A stretch of 41,341 bases of DNA from the UHGV virus genome UHGV-0069723; one strand, 5' to 3'. Source of the stretch: a virus. Shown here one piece after another: positions 16,902 through 26,412 of the stretch; position 1 is the first letter of the stretch, and the number at the start of each line of letters is the position of its first letter. The notes below the pieces were generated by a model that was given only the letters and a program-made list of their open reading frames with translations, ran no database searches and was not told where the DNA came from. A program made the position numbers and the translations under genes.

Positions 16902-17597
16902 ATGAATTTATTTGAGCGTTTGCTGTATCGCCGTCTTTGCAATGAGCAACCAGTCGATGGTGGAGCAGCTCCGGCTGCGTCAGAACCATCAGCGCCTGCA
17001 GGTGATAACCATGCTCCAGTTGGTGATCCATCACAACAGGAAGGTGATAAGCCACAACCTGTTGCTGATGGCGATAAACCTGCTGATGACAAAAAGCCTG
17101 AAAACGATAAGCAGGATGAAAAAAAGGACGGCAATAAACCAGAGGGTGCGCCTGAGAAGTACGAGTTTCAGGCTGCCGAAGGCGTAGAGCTGGATACAGA
17201 AGCGTTGAAGGAATTCGAGCCTGTGGCGCGAGGACTTAACCTGACCAACGAGCAAGCGCAAAAGCTGGTTGATGCTTATCCGAAGATTCTGGCAGGTGTT
17301 CAGCAGCGCCAGGCAGAAGCCTGGCAGAAAACAACCGAGCAGTGGGCTGCGGATGTAAAAGCTGACAAAGAAATCGGTGGCGACAAGTTGATTTCTAACC
17401 TTAGCGCCGCACAGCGTGCGCTTGACCAGTTCGGGACACCTGAGCTCAAAGAATATCTGAACACCACCGGGCTGGGTAATCACCCTGATCTGGTCAAAAC
17501 GTTCGTGAAAATCGGAAAGGCGATGTCTGAAGATGGCATGGTCACCGGTGGTAATGAAGGCCAGCGTAGTGCGGCCGAAGTGCTCTATGGCAAATAA
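16902..17597 (+). CDS. Scaffolding protein candidate
   Basis: 231 aa from ATG 16902 with AGGAG RBS; acidic, Pro/Asp/Lys-rich N-terminal half, helical C-terminal half; directly upstream of the major capsid gene. Confidence 0.6.
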   Translation: MNLFERLLYRRLCNEQPVDGGAAPAASEPSAPAGDNHAPVGDPSQQEGDKPQPVADGDKPADDKKPENDKQDEKKDGNKPEGAPEKYEFQAAEGVELDTEALKEFEPVARGLNLTNEQAQKLVDAYPKILAGVQQRQAEAWQKTTEQWAADVKADKEIGGDKLISNLSAAQRALDQFGTPELKEYLNTTGLGNHPDLVKTFVKIGKAMSEDGMVTGGNEGQRSAAEVLYGK

Positions 17598-17605
17598 GAG
17601 AGGAA

Positions 17606-18598
17606 ATGACAATGGCTGTTAAAGGCTTAACTGCGCTAACGCTGGCTGACTGGGGTAAGCGCGTCGATCCAAACGGGAAAGTCGATAAGATTATCGAGCT
17701 TCTCGGTCAAACTAACCCGATCCTTCAGGATATGCCTTTTGTCGAAGGGAACCTTCCTACCGGACACCGAACCACCATTCGTTCTGGTTTACCTTCGGCC
17801 ACCTGGCGTTTGCTGAACTATGGCGTACAGCCAAGCAAATCAACCACAGTGCAGGTCACCGATTCCGTTGGAATGCTGGAAACCTATGCTGAAGTCGATA
17901 AGTCACTGGCTGATCTGAACGGTAATACCGCCGAATTCCGCCTGTCTGAAGACCGCGCATTTATTGAAGCGATGAATCAGCAGATGGCGCAGACGTTGTT
18001 TTATGGTGATTCCAGCGTTAACCCTCAGCAGTTTATGGGACTGTCCTCCCGCTATTCCAGCCTGTCTGCGGGTAATGCTCAGAACATCATTGATGCTGGT
18101 GGCACGGGTACAGATAACACCTCAATCTGGTTAGTGGTGTGGGGCGAAAACACCGTGCATGGCATCTTCCCGAAAGGGCAGAAGGCTGGCATCCAGATGG
18201 AAGATAAAGGCCAGGTGACACTGGAAGATGCGAATGGCGGCAAGTACGAAGGCTACCGTACCCATTACAAATGGGACAACGGACTTGCTCTGCGTGACTG
18301 GCGTTATGTTGTTCGCATTGCAAACATCGATGTCAGCAATCTTTCAGAACCTTCCTCTGCCGCAAATATTGCGAAGTTGATGGTTAAAGCACTGCATCGC
18401 ATTCCAAATCGTGGCATGGGTCGCCCGGTGTTCTACATGAACCGCACTGTAGGCCAGGCTCTTGATCTGCAATCTCTGGAGAAAACATCTCTGGCGATCA
18501 GCGTAAAAGAGACAGAAGGCGAGTGGTGGACTTCATTCCGTGGTGTACCAATCCGTGAAACTGATGCGCTTCTGGAAACAGAAGCCCGCGTGGTGTAA
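17606..18598 (+). CDS. Major capsid protein
   Basis: 330 aa directly after the scaffold gene, followed by a partial terminator further downstream; position and size fit an HK97-fold capsid protein. Confidence 0.8.
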   Translation: MTMAVKGLTALTLADWGKRVDPNGKVDKIIELLGQTNPILQDMPFVEGNLPTGHRTTIRSGLPSATWRLLNYGVQPSKSTTVQVTDSVGMLETYAEVDKSLADLNGNTAEFRLSEDRAFIEAMNQQMAQTLFYGDSSVNPQQFMGLSSRYSSLSAGNAQNIIDAGGTGTDNTSIWLVVWGENTVHGIFPKGQKAGIQMEDKGQVTLEDANGGKYEGYRTHYKWDNGLALRDWRYVVRIANIDVSNLSEPSSAANIAKLMVKALHRIPNRGMGRPVFYMNRTVGQALDLQSLEKTSLAISVKETEGEWWTSFRGVPIRETDALLETEARVV

Positions 18599-18649
18599 CG
18601 CCTGTTATTAACCTGTGGATCGTAACAGACCCACTAATGGAGAAAGAAG

Positions 18650-19087
18650 ATGATCACCGACAAACTGTTGATGTTCTCCGAAGCTCAGGCGGTTACGAAT
18701 ACCGCGGCTTCTACTGACGTAATCGATCTCGGTCCAATTGACGGAAAACGTCGTGATATCGGCGTGGGTTACCCGCTTGAGTTTTGGGCGCTGGTTAACA
18801 CAGCCGCCGCGGCAAGCGGTGATGCAACTGTAAACATCCAGTTGCAGACGAGTGAGAATAACAGCTCATGGACCACTATTTATGATAGTGGCGCACTGGC
18901 AAAGACCGCCATGACAGCAGGTAAACGAGTTGTTTCTGCAAAGGTGCCTGCCGGTGTTCAGCGATATCTGCGTGTTAACTACTCCGTCGCAACTGGCCCA
19001 CTAACGGCTGGCGAATTCACTGCTGGTATCAGTCTTGATGTTGATGCCAATACGCCGTATCCGATCCGCTCAAAAGTAACTGGTTAA
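18650..19087 (+). CDS. Hypothetical virion protein (possible capsid decoration or accessory)
   Basis: 145 aa ORF in the structural block. Confidence 0.55.
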   Translation: MITDKLLMFSEAQAVTNTAASTDVIDLGPIDGKRRDIGVGYPLEFWALVNTAAAASGDATVNIQLQTSENNSSWTTIYDSGALAKTAMTAGKRVVSAKVPAGVQRYLRVNYSVATGPLTAGEFTAGISLDVDANTPYPIRSKVTG

Positions 19088-19097
19088 GGTGATATCG

Positions 19098-19433
19098 ATG
19101 TCAGGTGAGAAACCAAGATACCGCGTTCTGCGCCTCTCTCATATCCATAACACACTGTGGCCGGAGGGGGCAGAAATCGAATACGAAGGTGAGCCTGGTA
19201 GCGCACTGGAACCTGTTAACGATGCAGCCAGACAGGCAAAAGCAAAGGTAGCAGGAAAGGTGTCTATGGCAGCAACCAGCACCAAAATCATCAACGATGT
19301 GTCAGATGATGGTGAACTGGATAAGCTCCGTGAAGAGTACGAATTGCTCTTTAACGAGAAGCCACACCATAACGCCAAAGCCGAAACGCTCCGCGAGAAG
19401 ATCGCAGATAAGCGTAAAGAACTGGGCGTGTAA
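19098..19433 (+). CDS. Hypothetical structural protein
   Basis: 111 aa from ATG 19098 with AAGGTGA RBS; the track ORF starts at GTG 19089. Confidence 0.5.
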   Translation: MSGEKPRYRVLRLSHIHNTLWPEGAEIEYEGEPGSALEPVNDAARQAKAKVAGKVSMAATSTKIINDVSDDGELDKLREEYELLFNEKPHHNAKAETLREKIADKRKELGV

Positions 19434-19448
19434 GCCTCGCGAATCCGA

Positions 19449-19471
19449 CAAGGGGCTTCGGCCCCTTTATT
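19449..19471 (+). terminator. Candidate partial terminator within the late operon
   Basis: Hairpin AGGGGC-TTCG-GCCCCT followed by TTATT (weak T-run). Confidence 0.45.
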
Positions 19472-19483
19472 GCAGGAGTGTAT

Positions 19484-19807
19484 ATGGAACTCGTAAACCT
19501 CAAAACCGGCACTGACAGCTACCAGGATGAGAGCGGAGAAACCAGAACTCGCGATGAATACCCGTGGGGGCTGTGCATCACTCTTAATAACGACACATTG
19601 AATAAGCTGAAGGCGCAACCTCAGGGCGTCGGAACAGAAGTGATGATAACTGCAAAGGCTGTTATTCGAGGCCTGTCTGCCAGAGAAACTGACGATGGTG
19701 TTAATCGCAGCGCCGATCTGCAGATCACTGATATGGCGATCGCTCCTGTTTCCGGGGATGTAGAAAAATCAGCGGCTGAAACTCTGTACGGCAATGGGGG
19801 TGAGTAA
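19484..19807 (+). CDS. Hypothetical structural protein
   Basis: 107 aa from ATG 19484 with GGAG RBS. Confidence 0.5.
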   Translation: MELVNLKTGTDSYQDESGETRTRDEYPWGLCITLNNDTLNKLKAQPQGVGTEVMITAKAVIRGLSARETDDGVNRSADLQITDMAIAPVSGDVEKSAAETLYGNGGE

Positions 19808-20412
19808 TGGCCTCTGTAGTAGAGATCTGTAATCGTGCGCTGTCCAATATTGGCAACAGCCGCAGCATTAACAGCCTGACGGAAGCCAGCAAGGAAGCGG
19901 GGGAATGTTCGCTGCACTTTGAGGCCTGCCGTGATGCTGTGCTTTCTGATTTTGACTGGAACTTTGCTACCAAACGCGTGGCGCTTGCAGATACGAGCAA
20001 TCCACCGCCTGACTGGGAATATGCGTATCAGTACCCGTCCGATTGTCTGCGCATTACTGAAATTATGCTTCCTGGTGTACGCAATCCAACAGCAGCAATG
20101 CGTGTTCAGTACGAAGTTGGTGCAGACACCAACGGAACAGGAAAATTGATCTACACAGACCAGCCGCAGGCATGGCTCAAGTATGTCTCTCGCGTTACAG
20201 ATGTGAACATGTTTGATGCCATTTTTATGGAGGCGTTGGCTTGGCGTCTTGCGGCAGCTATTAACATGGCGCTGACTGGGAATGCAGACCTCGGTACGTT
20301 TGCCCTCAATATGTACAATCGCGTGATTCTTAGTGCTGGCTCGCATAGCCAGAATGAATCACAGGAACCACAGCCACCGGTTGACGAGTTTACCATTGCG
20401 AGGTTGTCCTGA
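19807..20412 (+). CDS. Head-tail adaptor / tail tubular protein A-like
   Basis: 201 aa immediately upstream of the large tail tube gene; assignment by position and size in a podovirus-type module. Confidence 0.5.
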   Translation: MASVVEICNRALSNIGNSRSINSLTEASKEAGECSLHFEACRDAVLSDFDWNFATKRVALADTSNPPPDWEYAYQYPSDCLRITEIMLPGVRNPTAAMRVQYEVGADTNGTGKLIYTDQPQAWLKYVSRVTDVNMFDAIFMEALAWRLAAAINMALTGNADLGTFALNMYNRVILSAGSHSQNESQEPQPPVDEFTIARLS

Positions 20413-22883
20413 TGGCTATCAGTTGGATCCAGCCCAGCTTTGCCGGTGGTGAGATTGGACCGTCGTTGTACGGTCGTATCGACATGGCGAAGTACCAGGT
20501 GGCATTGCGCAAGTGCGATAACTTTATCGTGCGGCAGTATGGCGGCGTTGAGAATCGACCTGGTACGCGTTTTGTTGGTGCCGCCAAATACCCAAATCGG
20601 AAATGCCGCCTGATCCCGTTCCAGTTCTCGACGGTTCAGACCTATGCTCTGGAGTTCGGGCACCAGTACATGCGCGTTATCAAAGATGGTGCGTTGGTGC
20701 TGAACAGCAGCAATGTTATTTATGAAATTGCCACGCCATATACTGAAGCCGATCTGTTCCGAATTAAATTCACGCAAAGCGCCGACGTGCTTACGCTGGT
20801 TCACCCGGCATACCCGCCGAAAGAGTTGCGCCGCTACGCGCATGACAACTGGCAACTGGTTGATGTGGTAACGAAGAACGGGCCATTTGAAGATATCAAT
20901 ATTGACGAGTCAGTGACGGTTTATGCCAGCGCCAGCACCGGGACAATTACGTTAACGGCAAGCGCCTCTATTTTTGGCGCGGAGCAGGTAGGCAAATTGT
21001 TCTATCTGGAACAGCCTGCAGTGGATTCAGTGCCGGTATGGGAAACCAGTAAGAGTACGTCGATTGGCGATATTCGCCGTGCAGACAGTAACTACTATCG
21101 CGCCGTTACAGCAGGCAAAACAGGCACTTTGCGCCCTTCGCATACAGAAGGCACATCATGGGATGGCTGGGGCGGATCCGGTGATGATGATACTGGCATT
21201 GAGTGGGAATATCTGCACAGTGGTTTTGGCATTGCCCGTATCACTGCTGCAAATGGAACTACTGCAACTGCCGAGGTGATTTCCTATATCCCTTCGCAGG
21301 TCGTTGGCGAGGATAATGCCAGCTATAAATGGGCTAAATATGCCTGGAACAGTGTTAATGGTTATCCTGGCACTGTTGTTTATTATCAACAACGTCTTTA
21401 CTTCGCCGCATCGACTGCGTTCCCTCAGACTATCTGGGCCAGCCGTACCGGGGATTATAAGGATTTTGGCAAAAGCAATCCTACGCAGGATGACGACAGA
21501 ATTATCTACACCTATGCCGGGCGTCAGGTTAATGAGATCCGTCACCTGATTGATGTTGGCTCTCTGGTGGCGCTGACTTCCGGAGGTGAGTACGTCATCA
21601 CCGGCGACCAGAACAAAGTGTTAACCCCATCATCATTTGCATTCAGCTCTCAGGGATCAAATGGCTCAAGCAACGTCCCACCAATTGCTGTGGCGAATAT
21701 TGCTCTGTTCGTCCAGGAGAAAGGCAGTGTTGTCCGTGATCTGGCCTACTCATTCGATGTTGACGGCTATCAGGGGAACGACCTGACCATCCTTGCTAAT
21801 CATCTTTTTCAGAAGCACAGCATCGTTGACTGGTGCTTCTCTATTGTCCCTTACTCCAGCGCCTTCTGCATTCGTGATGACGGTAAATTACTGGTGATGA
21901 CCTATTTGCGTGATCAACAGGTTTTTGCATGGGCACCACAGTCCAGTACCGGAAAATATGAAAGCACATGCAGTATCAGCGAAGGAAATGAAGATGCGGT
22001 GTATTTCGTCGTTAACCGAACCGTTAACGGGCAAACAGTGAGATACATCGAGCGGCTGTCCAGCCGTTTATTTATCAGCGATGAAGATGCTTTCTTTGTT
22101 GATTCTGGCCTTAGCTATGATGGAAGAAATACGTCTGACAGAACGATGACCATCACTGGTGGTTCTGGTGAATGGGATTACCGTGCGGAATATACAATCA
22201 GTGTTTCTGGTGGTGCGTACTTCACCAGTAGTGATGTCGGCGCGCAACTACAGTTCCCTTATACCGGAACTGATCCTGATACTGGCGATGAAGTGTCAAA
22301 AGAATTACGTTGCGACATTATTTCTGTAACCAGCAATACCGCTGTAGTGGTTCGTGCTAACAGGAACGTCCCGCCATCCCTCAGGAGTGTGGCCACCACG
22401 AACTGGCAGATGGCGCGCCGGACATTTGGAGGCCTGTCTCATCTTGAAGGCCAGGCCGTAAACATTCTCTCTGATGCGAACGTGGAACCACAGAAAGTGG
22501 TTTCCGGAGGTGCCGTCACGCTGGAATCTCCGGGGGCTGTAGTGCACATCGGCCTGCCAATAACTGCTGAATTCGAAACACTGGATATCAACATTAACGG
22601 ACAGGAAACGCTGCTGGACAAAAAACTGGTGATCCCGTCCGTTACTCTGGTTGTGAATGCCAGTCGCGGCATCTGGGCGACTACGCCCGGCGGTAAATGG
22701 TACGAATATCCACAGCGTGAATTCGAGTTCTACGATGATCCTGTTGATGACGCTACCGGAAAAGTAGAAGTGAAACTGGACAGTAACTGGGGCAAAAACG
22801 GACGTGTAAGAATCCGTCAGCTTGACCCGTTGCCGCTGTCTGTTCTTGCCGTTATTCCTCGCCTTACTGTTGGGGGATTCTGA
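20412..22883 (+). CDS. Tail tubular protein B-like (nozzle)
   Basis: 823 aa; size and position match podovirus tail tube B proteins. Confidence 0.65.
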   Translation: MAISWIQPSFAGGEIGPSLYGRIDMAKYQVALRKCDNFIVRQYGGVENRPGTRFVGAAKYPNRKCRLIPFQFSTVQTYALEFGHQYMRVIKDGALVLNSSNVIYEIATPYTEADLFRIKFTQSADVLTLVHPAYPPKELRRYAHDNWQLVDVVTKNGPFEDINIDESVTVYASASTGTITLTASASIFGAEQVGKLFYLEQPAVDSVPVWETSKSTSIGDIRRADSNYYRAVTAGKTGTLRPSHTEGTSWDGWGGSGDDDTGIEWEYLHSGFGIARITAANGTTATAEVISYIPSQVVGEDNASYKWAKYAWNSVNGYPGTVVYYQQRLYFAASTAFPQTIWASRTGDYKDFGKSNPTQDDDRIIYTYAGRQVNEIRHLIDVGSLVALTSGGEYVITGDQNKVLTPSSFAFSSQGSNGSSNVPPIAVANIALFVQEKGSVVRDLAYSFDVDGYQGNDLTILANHLFQKHSIVDWCFSIVPYSSAFCIRDDGKLLVMTYLRDQQVFAWAPQSSTGKYESTCSISEGNEDAVYFVVNRTVNGQTVRYIERLSSRLFISDEDAFFVDSGLSYDGRNTSDRTMTITGGSGEWDYRAEYTISVSGGAYFTSSDVGAQLQFPYTGTDPDTGDEVSKELRCDIISVTSNTAVVVRANRNVPPSLRSVATTNWQMARRTFGGLSHLEGQAVNILSDANVEPQKVVSGGAVTLESPGAVVHIGLPITAEFETLDININGQETLLDKKLVIPSVTLVVNASRGIWATTPGGKWYEYPQREFEFYDDPVDDATGKVEVKLDSNWGKNGRVRIRQLDPLPLSVLAVIPRLTVGGF

Positions 22884-23347
22884 TGATCGAGGTTCGAATT
22901 ATTCCCGCCACCGAAGAGCATCTTCAGATGATTTTGCCGGATGTTCGTCAGGCTGATATTGACGAACTGTATGCGGTATCGCTGATGACTACCGAAGATG
23001 CGCTGCGTGTTGGTCTTCGCACTGCGACTATGGCCTGGTCAGGATTTGCAAACGGAGAACTGGTAACCATGTTTGGTGTATCTCCGGCGTCAATGATCGG
23101 TGGCAATGGTACGCCCTGGCTGGTCGGAACCAGCCGTATTGAAAAATATCAGAAGACATTTCTTCGCCACTGCCGACCTGTATTGCAGCAGATGTTGGCA
23201 GTTTATCCGCGCCTGGAAAACTACGTCGACGAGCGAAACCATGTTGCCAAAGCATGGTTGCACTGGCTTGGATTCAGGCTTGAAGAAGCCGCGCCTTATG
23301 GTGCTCTTGGTCTTAATTTCCACAGATTTCACATGGAGAGAAAATAA
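22883..23347 (+). CDS. Small internal virion protein candidate
   Basis: 154 aa; start overlaps previous stop. Confidence 0.5.
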   Translation: MIEVRIIPATEEHLQMILPDVRQADIDELYAVSLMTTEDALRVGLRTATMAWSGFANGELVTMFGVSPASMIGGNGTPWLVGTSRIEKYQKTFLRHCRPVLQQMLAVYPRLENYVDERNHVAKAWLHWLGFRLEEAAPYGALGLNFHRFHMERK

Positions 23348-23886
23348 TGTGTAACCCAGCCATCGCTTTGGTTGCCGTCACAGTGGCATCCACAGCCGCG
23401 TCAATGTACAGCCAGAGCAAGCAGGCAAAATACCAGTCAGCCATAGCTGATCGGAATGCTGAAATTGCTGAAGCTCAGGCACAGGATTCAATCAATCGTG
23501 GGAATATTGAAGCGGATCAGCGTCGTCGTGAAATGCGTCAACGCTCAGGCACTGCGGCGGCCACTATGGGGGCTACCGGTGCGGAATTAAGTAGCGGAAC
23601 AGCTCTTGACGTTTTTGCGGATAATGCTCAGTTCGGCACTCTTGATGCGTTAACGACAGTGAATAATGCTCAGCGTGAGGCATATGGGTATCAGGTTCAG
23701 GGAATGAATGCTCAGGCACAGGGGGCTGCTGCTCAGTCGGCTGCTAAATCATCGATGACCAGCACTTTGTTAACGGCACCACTAAAAGCATACGGTGCAT
23801 ACCAGATGGGCGGCGGAACGTGGAGCCCGTTCTCTCAGAAAGCTGCGCCGATTTCTGCTGCTGTTGGCACTCCAACCGGTCGATAA
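23347..23886 (+). CDS. Small internal virion protein candidate
   Basis: 179 aa; Ala/Gln-rich with hydrophobic N-terminus. Confidence 0.5.
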   Translation: MCNPAIALVAVTVASTAASMYSQSKQAKYQSAIADRNAEIAEAQAQDSINRGNIEADQRRREMRQRSGTAAATMGATGAELSSGTALDVFADNAQFGTLDALTTVNNAQREAYGYQVQGMNAQAQGAAAQSAAKSSMTSTLLTAPLKAYGAYQMGGGTWSPFSQKAAPISAAVGTPTGR

Positions 23887-23898
23887 GGGGATAATAAG

Positions 23899-26412
23899 AT
23901 GCCAGTTGTACCAACAACATCGGGCCGTCAGGTTCAAAGCAGAGGGATTTCGACGCAGGGATTCTCATCGTTTCAGACACCAAATGTCGGTGATGTACTT
24001 GGCGATGTTGCAGAGCAATATGCAGGTATTATTGCGCAGGCAAAACAGCGTGCGAATGTTGCTATGGCTCAGGATGCTTCTCTTAGCTTAAGCCAGATAA
24101 GCAGCGATCTGCTGAATAACCCTGAAACAGGTTTGCTTAACCTGAAAGGGAAAAATGCTATTGGAAAAGGTCAGGAGTATACGCAGCAGTTTGATGCTCA
24201 GGTCGAACAACTGGCTATGTCGCTGCTGGATGAACAGGCTCGTAATGCTTTCATGCAGCAGGCGCAGCAGCAGCGCATTCAGTTCACTACGCAGGCCGGG
24301 CGGCACGAGATAGGGCAAATAAATGCCTACGAAGAAGGCCAGTTTCAGGCTACGCTGCTGAACAATGGTAAAAATGCCGCAGCATTGTATGGCGACAACG
24401 CCGCATACGTATTGGCTAATAAGCAAACTTTCCAGCAAATTGAGGATTACGGCATTGCACATGGCTGGAGTGACGAGCAAATCCAGGCCAAGAAAATCGA
24501 GTTTAAAGAAGCAACAGCAAAAGCAACTGCTCAAAATGCTATTGGAGCAAACTATCTTCAGGTAAGACAGCAAAACGGCGAGTTAAGCGATACTGCTGCT
24601 GGTTCTCGCCGTGCTGTAGCAGATAGTGGCTCTTCCGATCGTACCCGCGGTATACGCAACAATAACCCCGGCAATCTTGAATACAGCAAAACTAATCCGT
24701 GGGTTGGGCAGACTGGTGATGATGGTCGCTTTGCCAAATTCGAAACCCCTGAACACGGTATTCGTGCATTAGGGCGGAACCTGATGTCGTATCAGCAGCA
24801 GGGTATTGATACCGTCAGCGAGATAATTAATCGCTGGGCACCGCCTACTGATAAAAATGACACTATGTCGTATATCAAAGCAGTGTGCGAACAACTTGGC
24901 GTTTCTGCTGATGAGCCTCTCGATGCATCAAATCCTGATACCCTGAAGGCGCTTTGTGCAGCCATTATCCATCATGAAAACGGTAGCCAGCCATACAGTG
25001 ATCAGCAGTTAACTGCAGGTGTTAGTGCTGCGCTGGGGCTTTCTCAGCTACCGACAAAAAATAAACGTTATACCGGTGTAGCCTGGTTCGATGCTTTAAG
25101 TGAATCAGATCAGGCCAGCGTGTTGCGACAGACTGATGCACTAGCCAGACAACAGCAGGCTGAATATAAAACGATGCTCGACAGCCGGGTTCGCGATGCG
25201 ACGGCTGCGTATATGCGTGGCATTGAATTTCCTAACCCACCTGGTGAGGATGATTTTATTGCAGCTTATGGAGTCAGAGAAGGAAACCTGCGATATACCG
25301 AGTTTAAGAATACGCAGATCGCCGGACAGTATATAGGCTCTTTCCGCAACATGCCGACAAGCAGCATTACAGCATATGTTGAGCAATTACGCCCGGATAC
25401 TGGTGATACAGGGGAGGGGTATGCGGCACGCGCAACTCTTTATGACAACGTTGTTTCGGCTGCAAATCAGGTGATAAAGCAGCGGCAGTCGGATCCTGTG
25501 CAGTTCTCTCTTGCCTCCGGACAGGCAAAGCCTATCGACATGAGCAATAAGGATAACTTTGGACAGAGCGTTGCCTTGCGTGCCGCTCAGGTCAGTGACC
25601 TTGCTAAGTCATATGGCACTCCACTGACGTTCTTTTCCAAAGACGAGGCCAATCAGATCGGTGTTTTCTTTCGTGATGCTCCAGTTTCCCAACAGGCAGC
25701 ATATCTCGATACCATCAGGCAGAGCACTGGTGGTGGGCAGGTGTATATGTCAGCACTACAGCAGATCAGTGCCAACGCTCCATCTGCTGCCGTTGCCGGG
25801 ATACTGATGGATAAGCCTGGTGGTATTTTGGCAGAAAAAAACTGGTTTAATCCGGATGTTTCCGTGTCTCCTGAAACCGCTGCGCAGACAATTCTTGCTG
25901 GCGCGGCGGCTCGTAAAGGTACTGATGATGCGAAAGGTATTCCGATGCCTAAAGATGCTGATCTTCGCCTTGAGTTTTCTGACATGGTGAAGGATGCATT
26001 TGCTGGTGACGCTCAGGGCGCATCAATGGCATACGAGATCGCAAAGGATTATTACGCTGGTGTGATGGCGAAAAAAGGCGTGGTATCAGGCGAAATTGAC
26101 AATGATGTCTGGAAACAGGCTGTTAACGTAGCTACAGGTGGCGTGCATGACTATAACGGAATGGGGAATGTCCTTTTGCCGTGGGGAATGTCTGCAGAGC
26201 AATTCGATAAGCAGGTTAATCAGGCTTGGAATGAACAAGTTGTCGGCTCAGGGATAAAAACACCGCCTGGTCAGTATGGTTTGCAAAGTTACGGCGATAG
26301 TCAGTACCTGGTGAAACTTGGTACTGGTTATCTGTTGAAAGATGATGGTTCTCCCGTTGTTCTTAATCTGACACAGAAGCGTCAGAGATTCTCCGGAGAT
26401 ATTCCGCAATGA
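23899..26412 (+). CDS. Large internal virion / ejection protein (possible cell-wall-degrading domain)
   Basis: 837 aa; segment GIRNNNPGNLEYSKTNPWVGQTGDDGRFAKFETPEHGIRALGRNL resembles motifs I associate with virion-associated muralytic domains (tentative). Confidence 0.6.
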   Translation: MPVVPTTSGRQVQSRGISTQGFSSFQTPNVGDVLGDVAEQYAGIIAQAKQRANVAMAQDASLSLSQISSDLLNNPETGLLNLKGKNAIGKGQEYTQQFDAQVEQLAMSLLDEQARNAFMQQAQQQRIQFTTQAGRHEIGQINAYEEGQFQATLLNNGKNAAALYGDNAAYVLANKQTFQQIEDYGIAHGWSDEQIQAKKIEFKEATAKATAQNAIGANYLQVRQQNGELSDTAAGSRRAVADSGSSDRTRGIRNNNPGNLEYSKTNPWVGQTGDDGRFAKFETPEHGIRALGRNLMSYQQQGIDTVSEIINRWAPPTDKNDTMSYIKAVCEQLGVSADEPLDASNPDTLKALCAAIIHHENGSQPYSDQQLTAGVSAALGLSQLPTKNKRYTGVAWFDALSESDQASVLRQTDALARQQQAEYKTMLDSRVRDATAAYMRGIEFPNPPGEDDFIAAYGVREGNLRYTEFKNTQIAGQYIGSFRNMPTSSITAYVEQLRPDTGDTGEGYAARATLYDNVVSAANQVIKQRQSDPVQFSLASGQAKPIDMSNKDNFGQSVALRAAQVSDLAKSYGTPLTFFSKDEANQIGVFFRDAPVSQQAAYLDTIRQSTGGGQVYMSALQQISANAPSAAVAGILMDKPGGILAEKNWFNPDVSVSPETAAQTILAGAAARKGTDDAKGIPMPKDADLRLEFSDMVKDAFAGDAQGASMAYEIAKDYYAGVMAKKGVVSGEIDNDVWKQAVNVATGGVHDYNGMGNVLLPWGMSAEQFDKQVNQAWNEQVVGSGIKTPPGQYGLQSYGDSQYLVKLGTGYLLKDDGSPVVLNLTQKRQRFSGDIPQ